In this document: positions 44,249 to 53,633 of the stretch, one piece after another | Layout of the letters: each line of letters starts with the position of its first letter | Numbering within the stretch: the first letter of the stretch is position 1 | Source of the DNA: Ferruginibacter sp. | GTDB lineage: Bacteria; Bacteroidota; Bacteroidia; Chitinophagales; Chitinophagaceae | Reading direction: 5' to 3' | Assembly: GCA_044220615.1 (NCBI GenBank) | Contig: JBGAQR010000005.1 | Location: 309,974-373,973 of the forward strand | Length of the DNA: 64,000 bases | The notes under the pieces: model-generated | What the model saw: the letters and a program-made list of their open reading frames with translations, nothing else | Database searches by the model: none | What the model was told of the DNA's origin: nothing | Translations under genes and position numbers: made by a program

Positions 44249-44989
44249 ATGGCATCCGCAACAAATGGCAACCCGGCAATGAATATTAAAACTCTTCAGG
44301 CCATACAAACAGAAGTGCAAGGCAGTAACCGAATCGCTTTGTCAGTAGACTGTGTGATCTTCGGGTTCGATGAAAACAAACTGAAAGTACTGCTTATCAG
44401 GAGTGACCTGAAAAAATACCAGGGGCTATGGTCGTTGCTGGGAGACCTGGTTGCTGCAAAAGAAGATATTCATGATGCTGCTTATCGCATCCTGAAAGAA
44501 AGAACCGGCCTTGATGATGTTTACCTTGAACAGGTTCATACGTTTGGTTCTGTAAGCCGACACCCGGCTGGCCGGGTGGTTACCGTAGCATATTGCTCGC
44601 TTATAAACGTGCAACACCATAAGCTGAAAATACTGGATAATGAATTGCACTGGCACGATGTGCAGAGTGTTGCCGATCTGGCCTTCGATCACCAGGAGAT
44701 TTTTGAAGCCTGCTACCGGTGGTTGCAGAAAAGGATACAGGAACATCCGCTCGGATTTAACCTGCTGCCCAAAAAATTCTCATTGCGTGACCTTCAGAAT
44801 TTATACGAAGCCATCCTGGATACAAAGATGGACAGGCGGAATTTCAGGAAGAAATTCTTTGCGATGGATTTCCTGATCGATATCGATGAAATGGAACAGG
44901 ACGTGCCCCACCGGCCCGGCAAATTGTATAAGTTCAACTTTGACAAGTACGCCAAAAAGAAGAAAAAATGGGTGGGGATAGACTTCTAA
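44249..44989 (+). CDS. NrtR-like transcriptional regulator (Nudix domain with degenerate Nudix box, plus a C-terminal winged-helix domain)
   Basis: 246 aa. Nudix-like GDLVAAKEDIHDAAYRILKERTGL, where the EE pair is replaced by ER. C-terminal F.L..LQ.LYE.I......RRNFRKK is typical of NrtR-family DNA-binding domains. Confidence 0.75.
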   Translation: MASATNGNPAMNIKTLQAIQTEVQGSNRIALSVDCVIFGFDENKLKVLLIRSDLKKYQGLWSLLGDLVAAKEDIHDAAYRILKERTGLDDVYLEQVHTFGSVSRHPAGRVVTVAYCSLINVQHHKLKILDNELHWHDVQSVADLAFDHQEIFEACYRWLQKRIQEHPLGFNLLPKKFSLRDLQNLYEAILDTKMDRRNFRKKFFAMDFLIDIDEMEQDVPHRPGKLYKFNFDKYAKKKKKWVGIDF

Positions 44990-45120
44990 AAGCCCCTTCC
45001 GGCAGGTTCATCAGGTAAATCCCGGAAAACAGCTATTCCCCGGCCCGTAAGGGTTTAAGGAATCGGGTTTTTCAAAAAAAAATAATTAACAAAAAATTGG
45101 TATTAACGAAAAAAGCCCTA

Positions 45121-45167
45121 CTTTGCGTAAGTTTTACACATTTTGAGTGTGTAAAAAGTACGCAAAG
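45121..45167. promoter_or_regulatory. 47-bp near-perfect palindrome upstream of susC (candidate operator or 5'-UTR hairpin)
   Basis: CTTTGCGTAAGTTTTACACA - TTTTGAG - TGTGTAAAAAGTACGCAAAG. 18 of 20 arm positions are complementary. It ends 35 nt before the susC ATG. Confidence 0.7.
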
Positions 45168-45202
45168 TGATTGCAAATTTTTAAAACGAAACGCTTGTTA
45201 TT

Positions 45203-48184
45203 ATGAGAAACAGTATTAAACAACTCTCTTGCATTTTTTCTTTCTCTCTTTTCGTGTTGTTGTTTCCTGTTGCTGCATTGGCACAAGATGTGGTTACGGG
45301 TAAGGTGACAGACTCTAAAGACGGTTCGCCTGTTTCGGGTGTTACCGTTACAGTGAAAGGAACAAAAACAGTAACACAGACTGCTGCTGACGGCACTTAT
45401 AAAATATCAGCAATGGGAAGTGCAACCTTGGTTTTCACTTCTATTGGGTATGCAAACTATGAAATACTGGTGGGTGGAAAGACATCCATCGATGTAAGTA
45501 TTTCACAGGTTAATCAGCAACTGAATGAAGTAGTGGTGGTTGCCTACGGGTCTAAAAGAAAAGGAGACCTGACGGGTGCCGTTACATCTATTTCAAGTAA
45601 AGATTTTCAAAAAGGGTTCATCCCTTCAGCTGAGCAATTATTGCAGGGCAAGGTTGCCGGTCTGCAGGTGACCAGCGGTGGTGGCACTCCTGGTGGAGGA
45701 AGCCGTATCCGCATTAGGGGCACTTCTTCACTGAATGCAAGCAACGATCCATTGATCGTGATCGATGGCGTGCCGGTGGAAGGAAACAGCATCAATGGAG
45801 GAGGTAACCTGCTTAACAGTATCAACCCAAACGATATCGAGTCAATGACGGTATTGAAGGATGCTTCTGCAACTGCACTCTATGGTTCAAGAGCAACCAA
45901 TGGGGTATTGATCATCACCACAAAAAAAGGAACAAGCGGCAAAATAAAATTCAACTATAACACAACGCTCTCATTGAGCTCAATCGCCAAGAAAGTAGAC
46001 GTATTCAGCGGAGATGAGATACGCAGCATTGTAAATGCCGACGCAACCAAAACGGGCAGCGACGGGTACAAGAAACTGTTGGGTAAGGCAAATACAGACT
46101 GGCAGGACCTAATCTATCAAAAGGCTTTCGGCTGGGACAATAACCTCAGTGCTTCCGGTTCTATCAAGAATGTGCTTCCTTTCCGTCTCTCTGCCGGTTA
46201 CCTGACCCAGGAAGGTATCCTGCTTAACGATAAATTCAACAGGGCTACTGTAGGGCTCAACCTTTCTCCAAAATTATTGAAGGATCATCTTTCTGTGAAC
46301 ATCAATGCGAAGTATGCTAACACCAAGTACCACCATGCAAATGGTGATGCAGTTGGTGCAGCGGCTTCCTTCGACCCAACACAGGATGTTTATGCACCCA
46401 ATAAATACGGCGGATACTTTGAGTGGCTGGATGGTAACGGTCAGCCACAGGGCAACAACGGTAATGCATCCAATCCCAATCCACTGAGTTTACTGAAATT
46501 CCGCAGCAATATCGAAACGATCAACCGGATCATCGGTAATGTGCAGCTTGATTATAAACTGCATTGGCTGCCCGATCTGCATATTCTCGCCAACATCGGC
46601 ATCGATGCTACTACCCAGAATGGAAATGATAATACCGACTCGATCCTCGTGACCAATCAAAGCACCGGCGGAAGGTATGTACAATACAAGCAGAAAAAAC
46701 AAAACACACTCTATGAAGTGTCGTTGTCTTATTCTAAAGAATTAAAGAGCCTTAAAAGTAAATTTGATTTGCTTCTCGGACATGGATACCAGGCCTTCGA
46801 AACAGATGTATTTAACTACGCATCATACAGCCAGGCCGGCAAACTGATTGCAGGCAGCACTCCTGTATTTGCCACCGACAAACAGGAGAACAGGATCGAA
46901 TCCTATTTCGGAAGGCTCAACTATACATTCAATAACAAATACCTGATCACCGGTACCTTAAGAAGAGATGCCAGTTCACGGTTCTCGAAAGATAACCGGG
47001 TTGGTTATTTCCCTTCCGTGGCCGCTGCCTGGAAGATCAAGGATGAGTTCCTGAAAAATGTTCATTTCATAAATGAATTGAAACTGAGGCTTGGATGGGG
47101 TGTTACCGGCCAGCAGGATGGCATCGGTAACTATGGTTATTTGGCAAATTATAGCCAGAGTTCTAATACGGCCCAGTACCAGTTCGGAAATAACTTCTAT
47201 TATTTCTACCGCCCGAGCCCTTATTACCCGAACCTGAAATGGGAAACCACCACTACCCAGAACCTGGGCATCGATTTTGGCTTCCTCAATAACAGGATCT
47301 CCGGTTCGATTGAATTTTACAAAAAGAAAACCAAAGACCTCTTGGCCAGTGTAGGACAAGCACCTGGTCAGAACTTCGATATCCAGTTGCTGAGAAATAT
47401 CGGTAACATGGAGAACAACGGTATCGAATTCAACCTGAATACAACTCCCGTTCGTAAAAAGAACCTGACCTGGGATTTCGGGTTCAACATCACCATGCAG
47501 GATATCAAGATCACGAAACTGCAGGCAATTGTTGATCCAACCTTCATTGGTAACGAAGCAGGAAACATCAGCGGGGGTACCGGTAATACCCTGTTCTATC
47601 ATCAAGTGGGATATGCTCCTAGTACTGCCTATATCAGGCAACAGGTATATGATGCAGTTACCGGAATGCCTATTGAAGGACTTTATGAAGACCTGAACAG
47701 GAACGGCGTTACAGATGATCGTTATTATTACAGTAAAACAAATAACCCACCATTGTTCTTTGGAATTAATACTCAGGTTGTATATAAGAAATGGTTACTC
47801 GGACTTGCAGCGCATGGCACATACAATAACTACCTGTATAATAACTACGCATCACGTACAGGAGTACTTAATGCCATCCAGAATGGTTCCCTGCTTACCA
47901 ACGGATCGAAAGATTACCTGAATACCGGTTTCCGAAATCAGCAGTACTTATCTGATTACTATATGCAGAACGCCTCTTTCCTACGCCTGGATAACATCAA
48001 TATCGGATACAATTTTGGAAAGATCATCCGCAGCAAGGCAACCCTGAGGCTGGGTGCAAGTGTTCAGAATGTGTTTGTAATCACGAAATACAAAGGGCTT
48101 GATCCTGAGAACTCAGGTACAACAGATAATAATATTTATCCACGCCCGAGAGTATTCTCTTTATCAGCAAACCTTGACTTTTGA
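45203..48184 (+). CDS. susC: SusC-type TonB-dependent outer-membrane transporter
   Basis: 993 aa. Signal peptide, carboxypeptidase-regulatory-like domain (VTGKVTDSKDGSPVSGVTVTVKG), plug domain and barrel. C-terminal ...LSANLDF. Confidence 0.92.
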   Translation: MRNSIKQLSCIFSFSLFVLLFPVAALAQDVVTGKVTDSKDGSPVSGVTVTVKGTKTVTQTAADGTYKISAMGSATLVFTSIGYANYEILVGGKTSIDVSISQVNQQLNEVVVVAYGSKRKGDLTGAVTSISSKDFQKGFIPSAEQLLQGKVAGLQVTSGGGTPGGGSRIRIRGTSSLNASNDPLIVIDGVPVEGNSINGGGNLLNSINPNDIESMTVLKDASATALYGSRATNGVLIITTKKGTSGKIKFNYNTTLSLSSIAKKVDVFSGDEIRSIVNADATKTGSDGYKKLLGKANTDWQDLIYQKAFGWDNNLSASGSIKNVLPFRLSAGYLTQEGILLNDKFNRATVGLNLSPKLLKDHLSVNINAKYANTKYHHANGDAVGAAASFDPTQDVYAPNKYGGYFEWLDGNGQPQGNNGNASNPNPLSLLKFRSNIETINRIIGNVQLDYKLHWLPDLHILANIGIDATTQNGNDNTDSILVTNQSTGGRYVQYKQKKQNTLYEVSLSYSKELKSLKSKFDLLLGHGYQAFETDVFNYASYSQAGKLIAGSTPVFATDKQENRIESYFGRLNYTFNNKYLITGTLRRDASSRFSKDNRVGYFPSVAAAWKIKDEFLKNVHFINELKLRLGWGVTGQQDGIGNYGYLANYSQSSNTAQYQFGNNFYYFYRPSPYYPNLKWETTTTQNLGIDFGFLNNRISGSIEFYKKKTKDLLASVGQAPGQNFDIQLLRNIGNMENNGIEFNLNTTPVRKKNLTWDFGFNITMQDIKITKLQAIVDPTFIGNEAGNISGGTGNTLFYHQVGYAPSTAYIRQQVYDAVTGMPIEGLYEDLNRNGVTDDRYYYSKTNNPPLFFGINTQVVYKKWLLGLAAHGTYNNYLYNNYASRTGVLNAIQNGSLLTNGSKDYLNTGFRNQQYLSDYYMQNASFLRLDNINIGYNFGKIIRSKATLRLGASVQNVFVITKYKGLDPENSGTTDNNIYPRPRVFSLSANLDF

Positions 48185-48212
48185 TTCTAACCAAAAAATA
48201 AATTGATTCTAT

Positions 48213-49892
48213 ATGAAAAATAATTCAATAAAATATGCAGGAATAATGGTGACCGCCGCCATTGTACTCGCATCCTGCGCCAAAAAACTCGACCTGCTCC
48301 CGCAGAACGATTTTACCCCTGAGAAGGTATACGCAACACCGGCTGGGTATAAAGGAGTGTTGGCAAAAATTTACGGCGGAATGTCGATCGGTGGCAATAC
48401 CGGACCAAACGGGGCTCCTGACATATCGGGTGGGCTGGATGAAGGATCACAGATCGCATTCATCCGCATGTTCTTCAATTGCGAGGAATTGCCGACAGAA
48501 GAAGCGGTTTGTTTCTGGAACGACCAGACCATCAAAAACTATCATGGCTTCTCTTATACCGCAGATGATCCATTTCTGAAAGGAATGTATGCCCGCCCAA
48601 TCTGGAACATTACCCTGATCAATGAATACCTCAGAGAATCAACTGACGACAAGCTGGCAGAACGTACCATCACCGGAGCAGATGCAGATGCCATCCGTAA
48701 ATCACGTGCCGAGATACGTTTCCTGCGTGCATTTAACTACTGGGCAATGATGGACATTTTCGGTAAATCAACATTCATCACAGAATCATATGGTGTTGCA
48801 CAGAATGAAACACCGCAGGAAATCAGCCGTGCAAATCTTTTCGCTTATATCATGAGCGAACTGAGAGCAGTTGATGGATCGATGGTTGCAGCAAGGTCCG
48901 CCGAGTATGGCAGGGTAGATCAGGCAGCGAACTGGGCATTGCAGGCACGTATTTATCTCAATGCAAATATTTACCTGGGCTCCTCCACCACCTCTTATTA
49001 TGATTCAGCAGTGGCTTATGCACAAAAAGTGATCAATGCAGGATACACACTGAACAGTGCAACTGTAAATGGATACAATGGTTATGCCCAATTATTCATG
49101 GCCGACAATGATAAAAGGACCAATGAGATCGTTTGGGCCATTACCTGCGACGGTTTGAAAACACAAGGCTATGGTAATACCACGTTCCTCGTGAATTGCT
49201 CAAGCGGGGATGACAAAGGATCTGATTATTTCAAAGGCGCAGGTGGCGCAGGCTGGAGAGGATATGTAGCTACAAAAGGATTAGCCAACCTGTTCTCAGA
49301 TCTTACCGGCACAACCGATAAAAGAGCGATGTTCACAACATCAAAATTTGGTGTGAGCGCTACACAAATAGAATTACCTGTTCTGCCCAATGCGAGTGAA
49401 GTGAATTTTCCGGATGCAAGCAGCGGTTTACATATCAATAAATATAAGAACATCCGGTCGGATAATGGGGAGATCAGCGACATCAACAACCGTACGTTCG
49501 CCGATATAGATTTCCCTGTATTCCGTTTGTCTGAAATGTACCTGATCTATGCCGAAGCTGTTTTACGGGGAGGCAACGGAAGCAGCGCTACGGCTCTTCA
49601 GTACGTCAATAATGTACGCACCCGTGCTTACGGAAACACGAGTGGTAATATCACTGCCGGTCAGTTGAATCTGCAGTTCATATTGGATGAGCGTGGAAGG
49701 GAATTGTATTGGGAAGGTCACCGCAGAACAGACCTGATCCGGTATAACCTGCTTACCAGCGGCACTTATGTATGGCCATGGAAAGGTGGTGTAGCTAGCG
49801 GCACAGGTGTGGAAAGCAAGTACAACCTGTTCCCAATACCATCAAGTGCCCGTAACAGTAATCCTAATTTATCTCAAAACCCGGGATTCTAA
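48213..49892 (+). CDS. susD: SusD/RagB-family starch-binding lipoprotein
   Basis: 559 aa. Lipobox LASC. Directly downstream of susC. C-terminal ELYWEGHRRTDLIRY motif. Confidence 0.9.
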   Translation: MKNNSIKYAGIMVTAAIVLASCAKKLDLLPQNDFTPEKVYATPAGYKGVLAKIYGGMSIGGNTGPNGAPDISGGLDEGSQIAFIRMFFNCEELPTEEAVCFWNDQTIKNYHGFSYTADDPFLKGMYARPIWNITLINEYLRESTDDKLAERTITGADADAIRKSRAEIRFLRAFNYWAMMDIFGKSTFITESYGVAQNETPQEISRANLFAYIMSELRAVDGSMVAARSAEYGRVDQAANWALQARIYLNANIYLGSSTTSYYDSAVAYAQKVINAGYTLNSATVNGYNGYAQLFMADNDKRTNEIVWAITCDGLKTQGYGNTTFLVNCSSGDDKGSDYFKGAGGAGWRGYVATKGLANLFSDLTGTTDKRAMFTTSKFGVSATQIELPVLPNASEVNFPDASSGLHINKYKNIRSDNGEISDINNRTFADIDFPVFRLSEMYLIYAEAVLRGGNGSSATALQYVNNVRTRAYGNTSGNITAGQLNLQFILDERGRELYWEGHRRTDLIRYNLLTSGTYVWPWKGGVASGTGVESKYNLFPIPSSARNSNPNLSQNPGF

Positions 49893-49918
49893 ATCGCATA
49901 CTTTTAAAAGCATACTAT

Positions 49919-50737
49919 ATGAAAAATACTTTTAAGACATTACTGTTTTCAATTGTTGCAGCAATTTCATTTTTGTCATGTAAAAAAAACGAGAACAAAG
50001 TATACTATATTGGTGGCACTCCACCATCGCTGAATGCCAACCCAACCACGCCGATGGTATTGTTGATTGCGAACAAAGACAATGAAGCGATGAAGTTTGA
50101 TTGGACCAATCCTAATTACCAGTTCAATACGGGTATCAGTTCACAGGACATTACCTATACACTCCAGTTCGATACTACTGGTTCTAATTTCACCAACCCG
50201 AGCATTGGCCAGAAATCGATCTCTAAAGATCTTTCCGTAACACTTACTGTTAAGGACCTGAATACAATTCTTCTGGGTATGGGATTAGTGGAAAACATGG
50301 CTCATAACATAGAGATCAGGGTTCGGTCTACCATGGCCAACCTGAGTGCCCCGCTTTATTCCAATGTGATCAAAGTGGTGGTTACTCCTTACCTCGATGT
50401 AGTATATCCCGTTCCTGCAAAATTGTACATCACCGGAAGTGCCACACCAGGGAACTGGATGGCAGGTGGCGATCCGGAACTGGTAAGCCAGCGGTTTACT
50501 AAAGTGAGCGCTTCTAAATTTGAACTCACTATTACACTTTCTGCCAATAACTCATTTTTGTTTGTTCCGGTGTATGGAGATTGGGGCAATAAATATGGGT
50601 TTACAGGCCCCAATAACACCAACAATGTGAACGGTGATGATTTTATGCCCAATGGCGGCGATATGAAAGCGCCGAGTGCAACCGGGTCTTATAAAGTAAC
50701 TGTGGATTTCAAAACCGGTAAATATTCGGTTCAATAA
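49919..50737 (+). CDS. susE: SusE-like outer-membrane lipoprotein
   Basis: 272 aa. Lipobox FLSC. N-terminal SusE-type domain (FDWTNPNYQF...YTLQFD). Position after susD. Confidence 0.7.
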   Translation: MKNTFKTLLFSIVAAISFLSCKKNENKVYYIGGTPPSLNANPTTPMVLLIANKDNEAMKFDWTNPNYQFNTGISSQDITYTLQFDTTGSNFTNPSIGQKSISKDLSVTLTVKDLNTILLGMGLVENMAHNIEIRVRSTMANLSAPLYSNVIKVVVTPYLDVVYPVPAKLYITGSATPGNWMAGGDPELVSQRFTKVSASKFELTITLSANNSFLFVPVYGDWGNKYGFTGPNNTNNVNGDDFMPNGGDMKAPSATGSYKVTVDFKTGKYSVQ

Positions 50738-50762
50738 ACTAATAAACACTAAAAAAAACTGT

Positions 50763-52553
50763 ATGAAATATATTTCAAAAATTTTGGCAGCCTTCCTGAT
50801 GATCCTGTTGGCATTCTCAGCCTGCAAAAAAATTGACGTAAGTGAATCTGCAGCTGATTTGCCGGTGTATGAACAAGGTATTTTCCCGGTATTAAGCAGT
50901 TCAGTTGCCACAGTAGCGCCAACTCTTGCGGATTCGAATAATACGGTGATCACGTTTACGTGGACCGATCCGAAACATGCAACAGATTTCTCCAATACCA
51001 AGTTTGTGTTGATTATCGACTCTACCGGTAAAAACTTTGGAGCAGTTAATAATACAAAAACGGTGAATGGAGTTTTGACCACCGGCCTTACTGGCCGCGA
51101 ACTGAATGCCTATCTATTGAACATAGGGTTTAAAGTGGGTGTTTTACAATCGATTGATGTGATGCTGGTGTCATCCTACAAGAATAACAACGACCGACGT
51201 TATTCCAATACGCTCACCATTAAAGTGACCCCATATGTAGATCCTTCTATCCTGGTTTCTCAAAACAGTTCCGTGGTTTGTACATTGCCAAATGCGGCCT
51301 TGCCATCAAATATCTTCTGGTGGACACCAACCTTCACCGGTTATTCAGGAAGTATAACCTATACACTGCAATACGATTCTGCCGGCAAAAATTTTGTGGC
51401 ACCAATCGATATAGCAGTGGGAACATCAATATTGGCAAAGGGATTAACGCAGGGCGAAATGAATACCACGGCATTAAATTCCGGAATTCCGGGCGGTAAC
51501 ACAGGTAAGGTGGAATACCGTATCAAAGGTGTTCTGTCGAACGGAACAATTGTTTATTCCAATGTGGTTACGGTTACCATACAGAGCTATGTACCTATTT
51601 TACGGGTATACCTGCCAGGTGGCTACCAGGGATCAACCGGTAACGGAAATGACTGGGATCCCGGAACGGCTCCTGAATTAATAAGAGACCTTCGTTCTGC
51701 AGTATTCAATAAGATGTACTATACCTATATTTATTTACCTGCCGGTGCCGAGTTCAAGATCACTATCGGCAGAAGCTGGGCAGTAAACTATGGTGGAAGC
51801 GGAGGTAACTTATCTTCTGGCGGCGCTAACCTTAGTGTGCCAGCTGCAGGCTACTATCGTATCTCTGTTGATATAAGCGCTCTCAAATATAACATCATGG
51901 CAGGCAGGATGGGATTTGTGGGCGGAGCAACCGGTGCAGGATGGAATCCTCCGGGCGTATTTCCAACCTATGCATTGGGTAACTCAGGAACCAACCTCTT
52001 CGTTGGTCTTACCAATTTTACTAACGGTGGATGGAAGCTGATCGATAACAATGCCTGGAACAGCGGAAGTAATACCGTTGATGAAACAAGAAGTTATGGT
52101 ACACCGGGTGGTGATGGAAGTACACTGGAAACCAACGGAGCCAACTTCAATGATTATCCTGCTGCAGGCCGGTACCGTGTTATCTGGGATGGACGTGACA
52201 GGGATAATGTAAAATATTTTACAAGCTCCGGAACTGAAATGAGGGTGGTAGGAGATGGTATCAATCAGCCAGGTGTTAACGACTGGGATCCGCCAACATC
52301 GCCACAAATGACATACAGCGGAAATGGTATCTGGACAATAAGCATTACCCTTAAAGCAAATAAGGATATTAAATTCCTGGCTGGTAACGCATGGGGCGCT
52401 TTCGATTATGAAGATAACAGCGGCGGAAGCCAGGCAACCGGAACAGCAAGACCCATTAAGTGGGAAGGAGGATCTAATTTTAAGACCCCGGCTACTGCAG
52501 GAACATACACCATTACTTTAAATGAGAACCTGCAAACGGTAACCATAAACTAA
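50763..52553 (+). CDS. susF: SusF-like outer-membrane starch-binding lipoprotein
   Basis: 596 aa. Lipobox FSAC. Repeated SusE/F-type modules (FTWTDP..., YTLQYDSAGKNF) and C-terminal W/G-rich CBM-like repeats. Confidence 0.65.
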   Translation: MKYISKILAAFLMILLAFSACKKIDVSESAADLPVYEQGIFPVLSSSVATVAPTLADSNNTVITFTWTDPKHATDFSNTKFVLIIDSTGKNFGAVNNTKTVNGVLTTGLTGRELNAYLLNIGFKVGVLQSIDVMLVSSYKNNNDRRYSNTLTIKVTPYVDPSILVSQNSSVVCTLPNAALPSNIFWWTPTFTGYSGSITYTLQYDSAGKNFVAPIDIAVGTSILAKGLTQGEMNTTALNSGIPGGNTGKVEYRIKGVLSNGTIVYSNVVTVTIQSYVPILRVYLPGGYQGSTGNGNDWDPGTAPELIRDLRSAVFNKMYYTYIYLPAGAEFKITIGRSWAVNYGGSGGNLSSGGANLSVPAAGYYRISVDISALKYNIMAGRMGFVGGATGAGWNPPGVFPTYALGNSGTNLFVGLTNFTNGGWKLIDNNAWNSGSNTVDETRSYGTPGGDGSTLETNGANFNDYPAAGRYRVIWDGRDRDNVKYFTSSGTEMRVVGDGINQPGVNDWDPPTSPQMTYSGNGIWTISITLKANKDIKFLAGNAWGAFDYEDNSGGSQATGTARPIKWEGGSNFKTPATAGTYTITLNENLQTVTIN

Positions 52554-52577
52554 GTTTTGATCTTTCATGTGTTTTGT

Positions 52578-52614
52578 AAAAGAGCCATCCCGACAAAGTC
52601 GGGATGGCTCTTTT
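52578..52614. terminator. Bidirectional terminator with a 17-bp perfect stem
   Basis: AAAAGAGCCATCCCGAC-AAA-GTCGGGATGGCTCTTTT, between convergent genes. Confidence 0.88.
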
Positions 52615-52636
52615 CTTATATACCGGTTAATTAAGT

Positions 52637-53149
52637 TTATGCTCTCAGCGCAACCTTAAATGCAAGACTCAGGTAGGTATAGAAACTTCCTGGTAGTTCT
52701 TCCGATGCAGCAGCCCATTCCTGGCCACCATTGTATGGAAGATGATTAACACTTCCTGCGGCTTCTCCCACACCAATAAGTCCTGTTTCGCTTTTTAAGC
52801 GGAAACCATAGGTCATTCCTTTTTGAAGACGTAACCCGTTGAGCGGAAACGATACCCATTTACCTGTATCCATATTATTGAACTCAACCTTTGAAGCTCC
52901 CAATACAGGACCCCAGGCTTTTGTTTCGGCATTAAATGCATGAATGGTAAGGTTAACAGGTCCGCTATTGGTAACATGTGATGAGAATATCTCTATGCAA
53001 TCCAGTTCGCCTTCTGAAGGACAAAGGAATGTTTGGCCACTTACCCTGTTCTTGGCTTCTCCTTTCCACTGGCCTATCCAGGAAGTGGCGTTGTTGGTAA
53101 CTTGCTGAACTACAGCCCTTAAATGAGATTTTGATTGATTAGTTTCCAT
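52637..53149 (-). CDS. Hypothetical cytoplasmic beta-rich protein (170 aa), family not recognised
   Basis: Clean ATG ORF bounded by a terminator. No signal peptide. Alternating beta-strand-like pattern (GKWVSFPLNGLRLQKGMTYGFRLKS). Confidence 0.55.
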   Translation of the reverse strand: METNQSKSHLRAVVQQVTNNATSWIGQWKGEAKNRVSGQTFLCPSEGELDCIEIFSSHVTNSGPVNLTIHAFNAETKAWGPVLGASKVEFNNMDTGKWVSFPLNGLRLQKGMTYGFRLKSETGLIGVGEAAGSVNHLPYNGGQEWAAASEELPGSFYTYLSLAFKVALRA

Positions 53150-53342
53150 AAGGTTATTTTTTTTAATGAGTGAATGTGAGGGGTTACGGAATTTAAAATA
53201 CTTAAGATACTAACTTAAACAGGGAGGTAAATATTGTACAGACCAGGCTCTATTTTACGTGGTAAAACTGTTAAAATATGTTATATGAAAAACAAGCGAA
53301 GAGATATGCAGCAGACCAGGAGAAGAAAGAAATGATCAGTTA

Positions 53343-53597
53343 TCAAAACCGGAAATAAACAAACAGTCTCCCGAAATTCTTACTATCGTTCTCTATCCGG
53401 TGATACAATGGTTTGATATGCGGCTGCTGCAGGAAGCGTTCCACTTTTTTTCGCAACTGCCCGCTTCCTTTGCCGGGGATGATCTCTACTTCCCGTATCT
53501 TTTTATCTACCGCATCATCAAATGCCTGTTGCAAAGCTTTATCTATTGCTTTGCTGTTGTTGTAAATATCGTGGAGGTCAACTTTTATCCGGGCCAT
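53343..53597 (-). CDS. Stand-alone Smr (small MutS-related) domain protein, 84 aa
   Basis: Smr-domain pattern VDLHD...EVEIIPGKGSGQLRKKV. Confidence 0.75.
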   Translation of the reverse strand: MARIKVDLHDIYNNSKAIDKALQQAFDDAVDKKIREVEIIPGKGSGQLRKKVERFLQQPHIKPLYHRIENDSKNFGRLFVYFRF

Positions 53598-53633
53598 TTA
53601 ATAATGCATGATTAAAAATGAAGAATGAGATCC

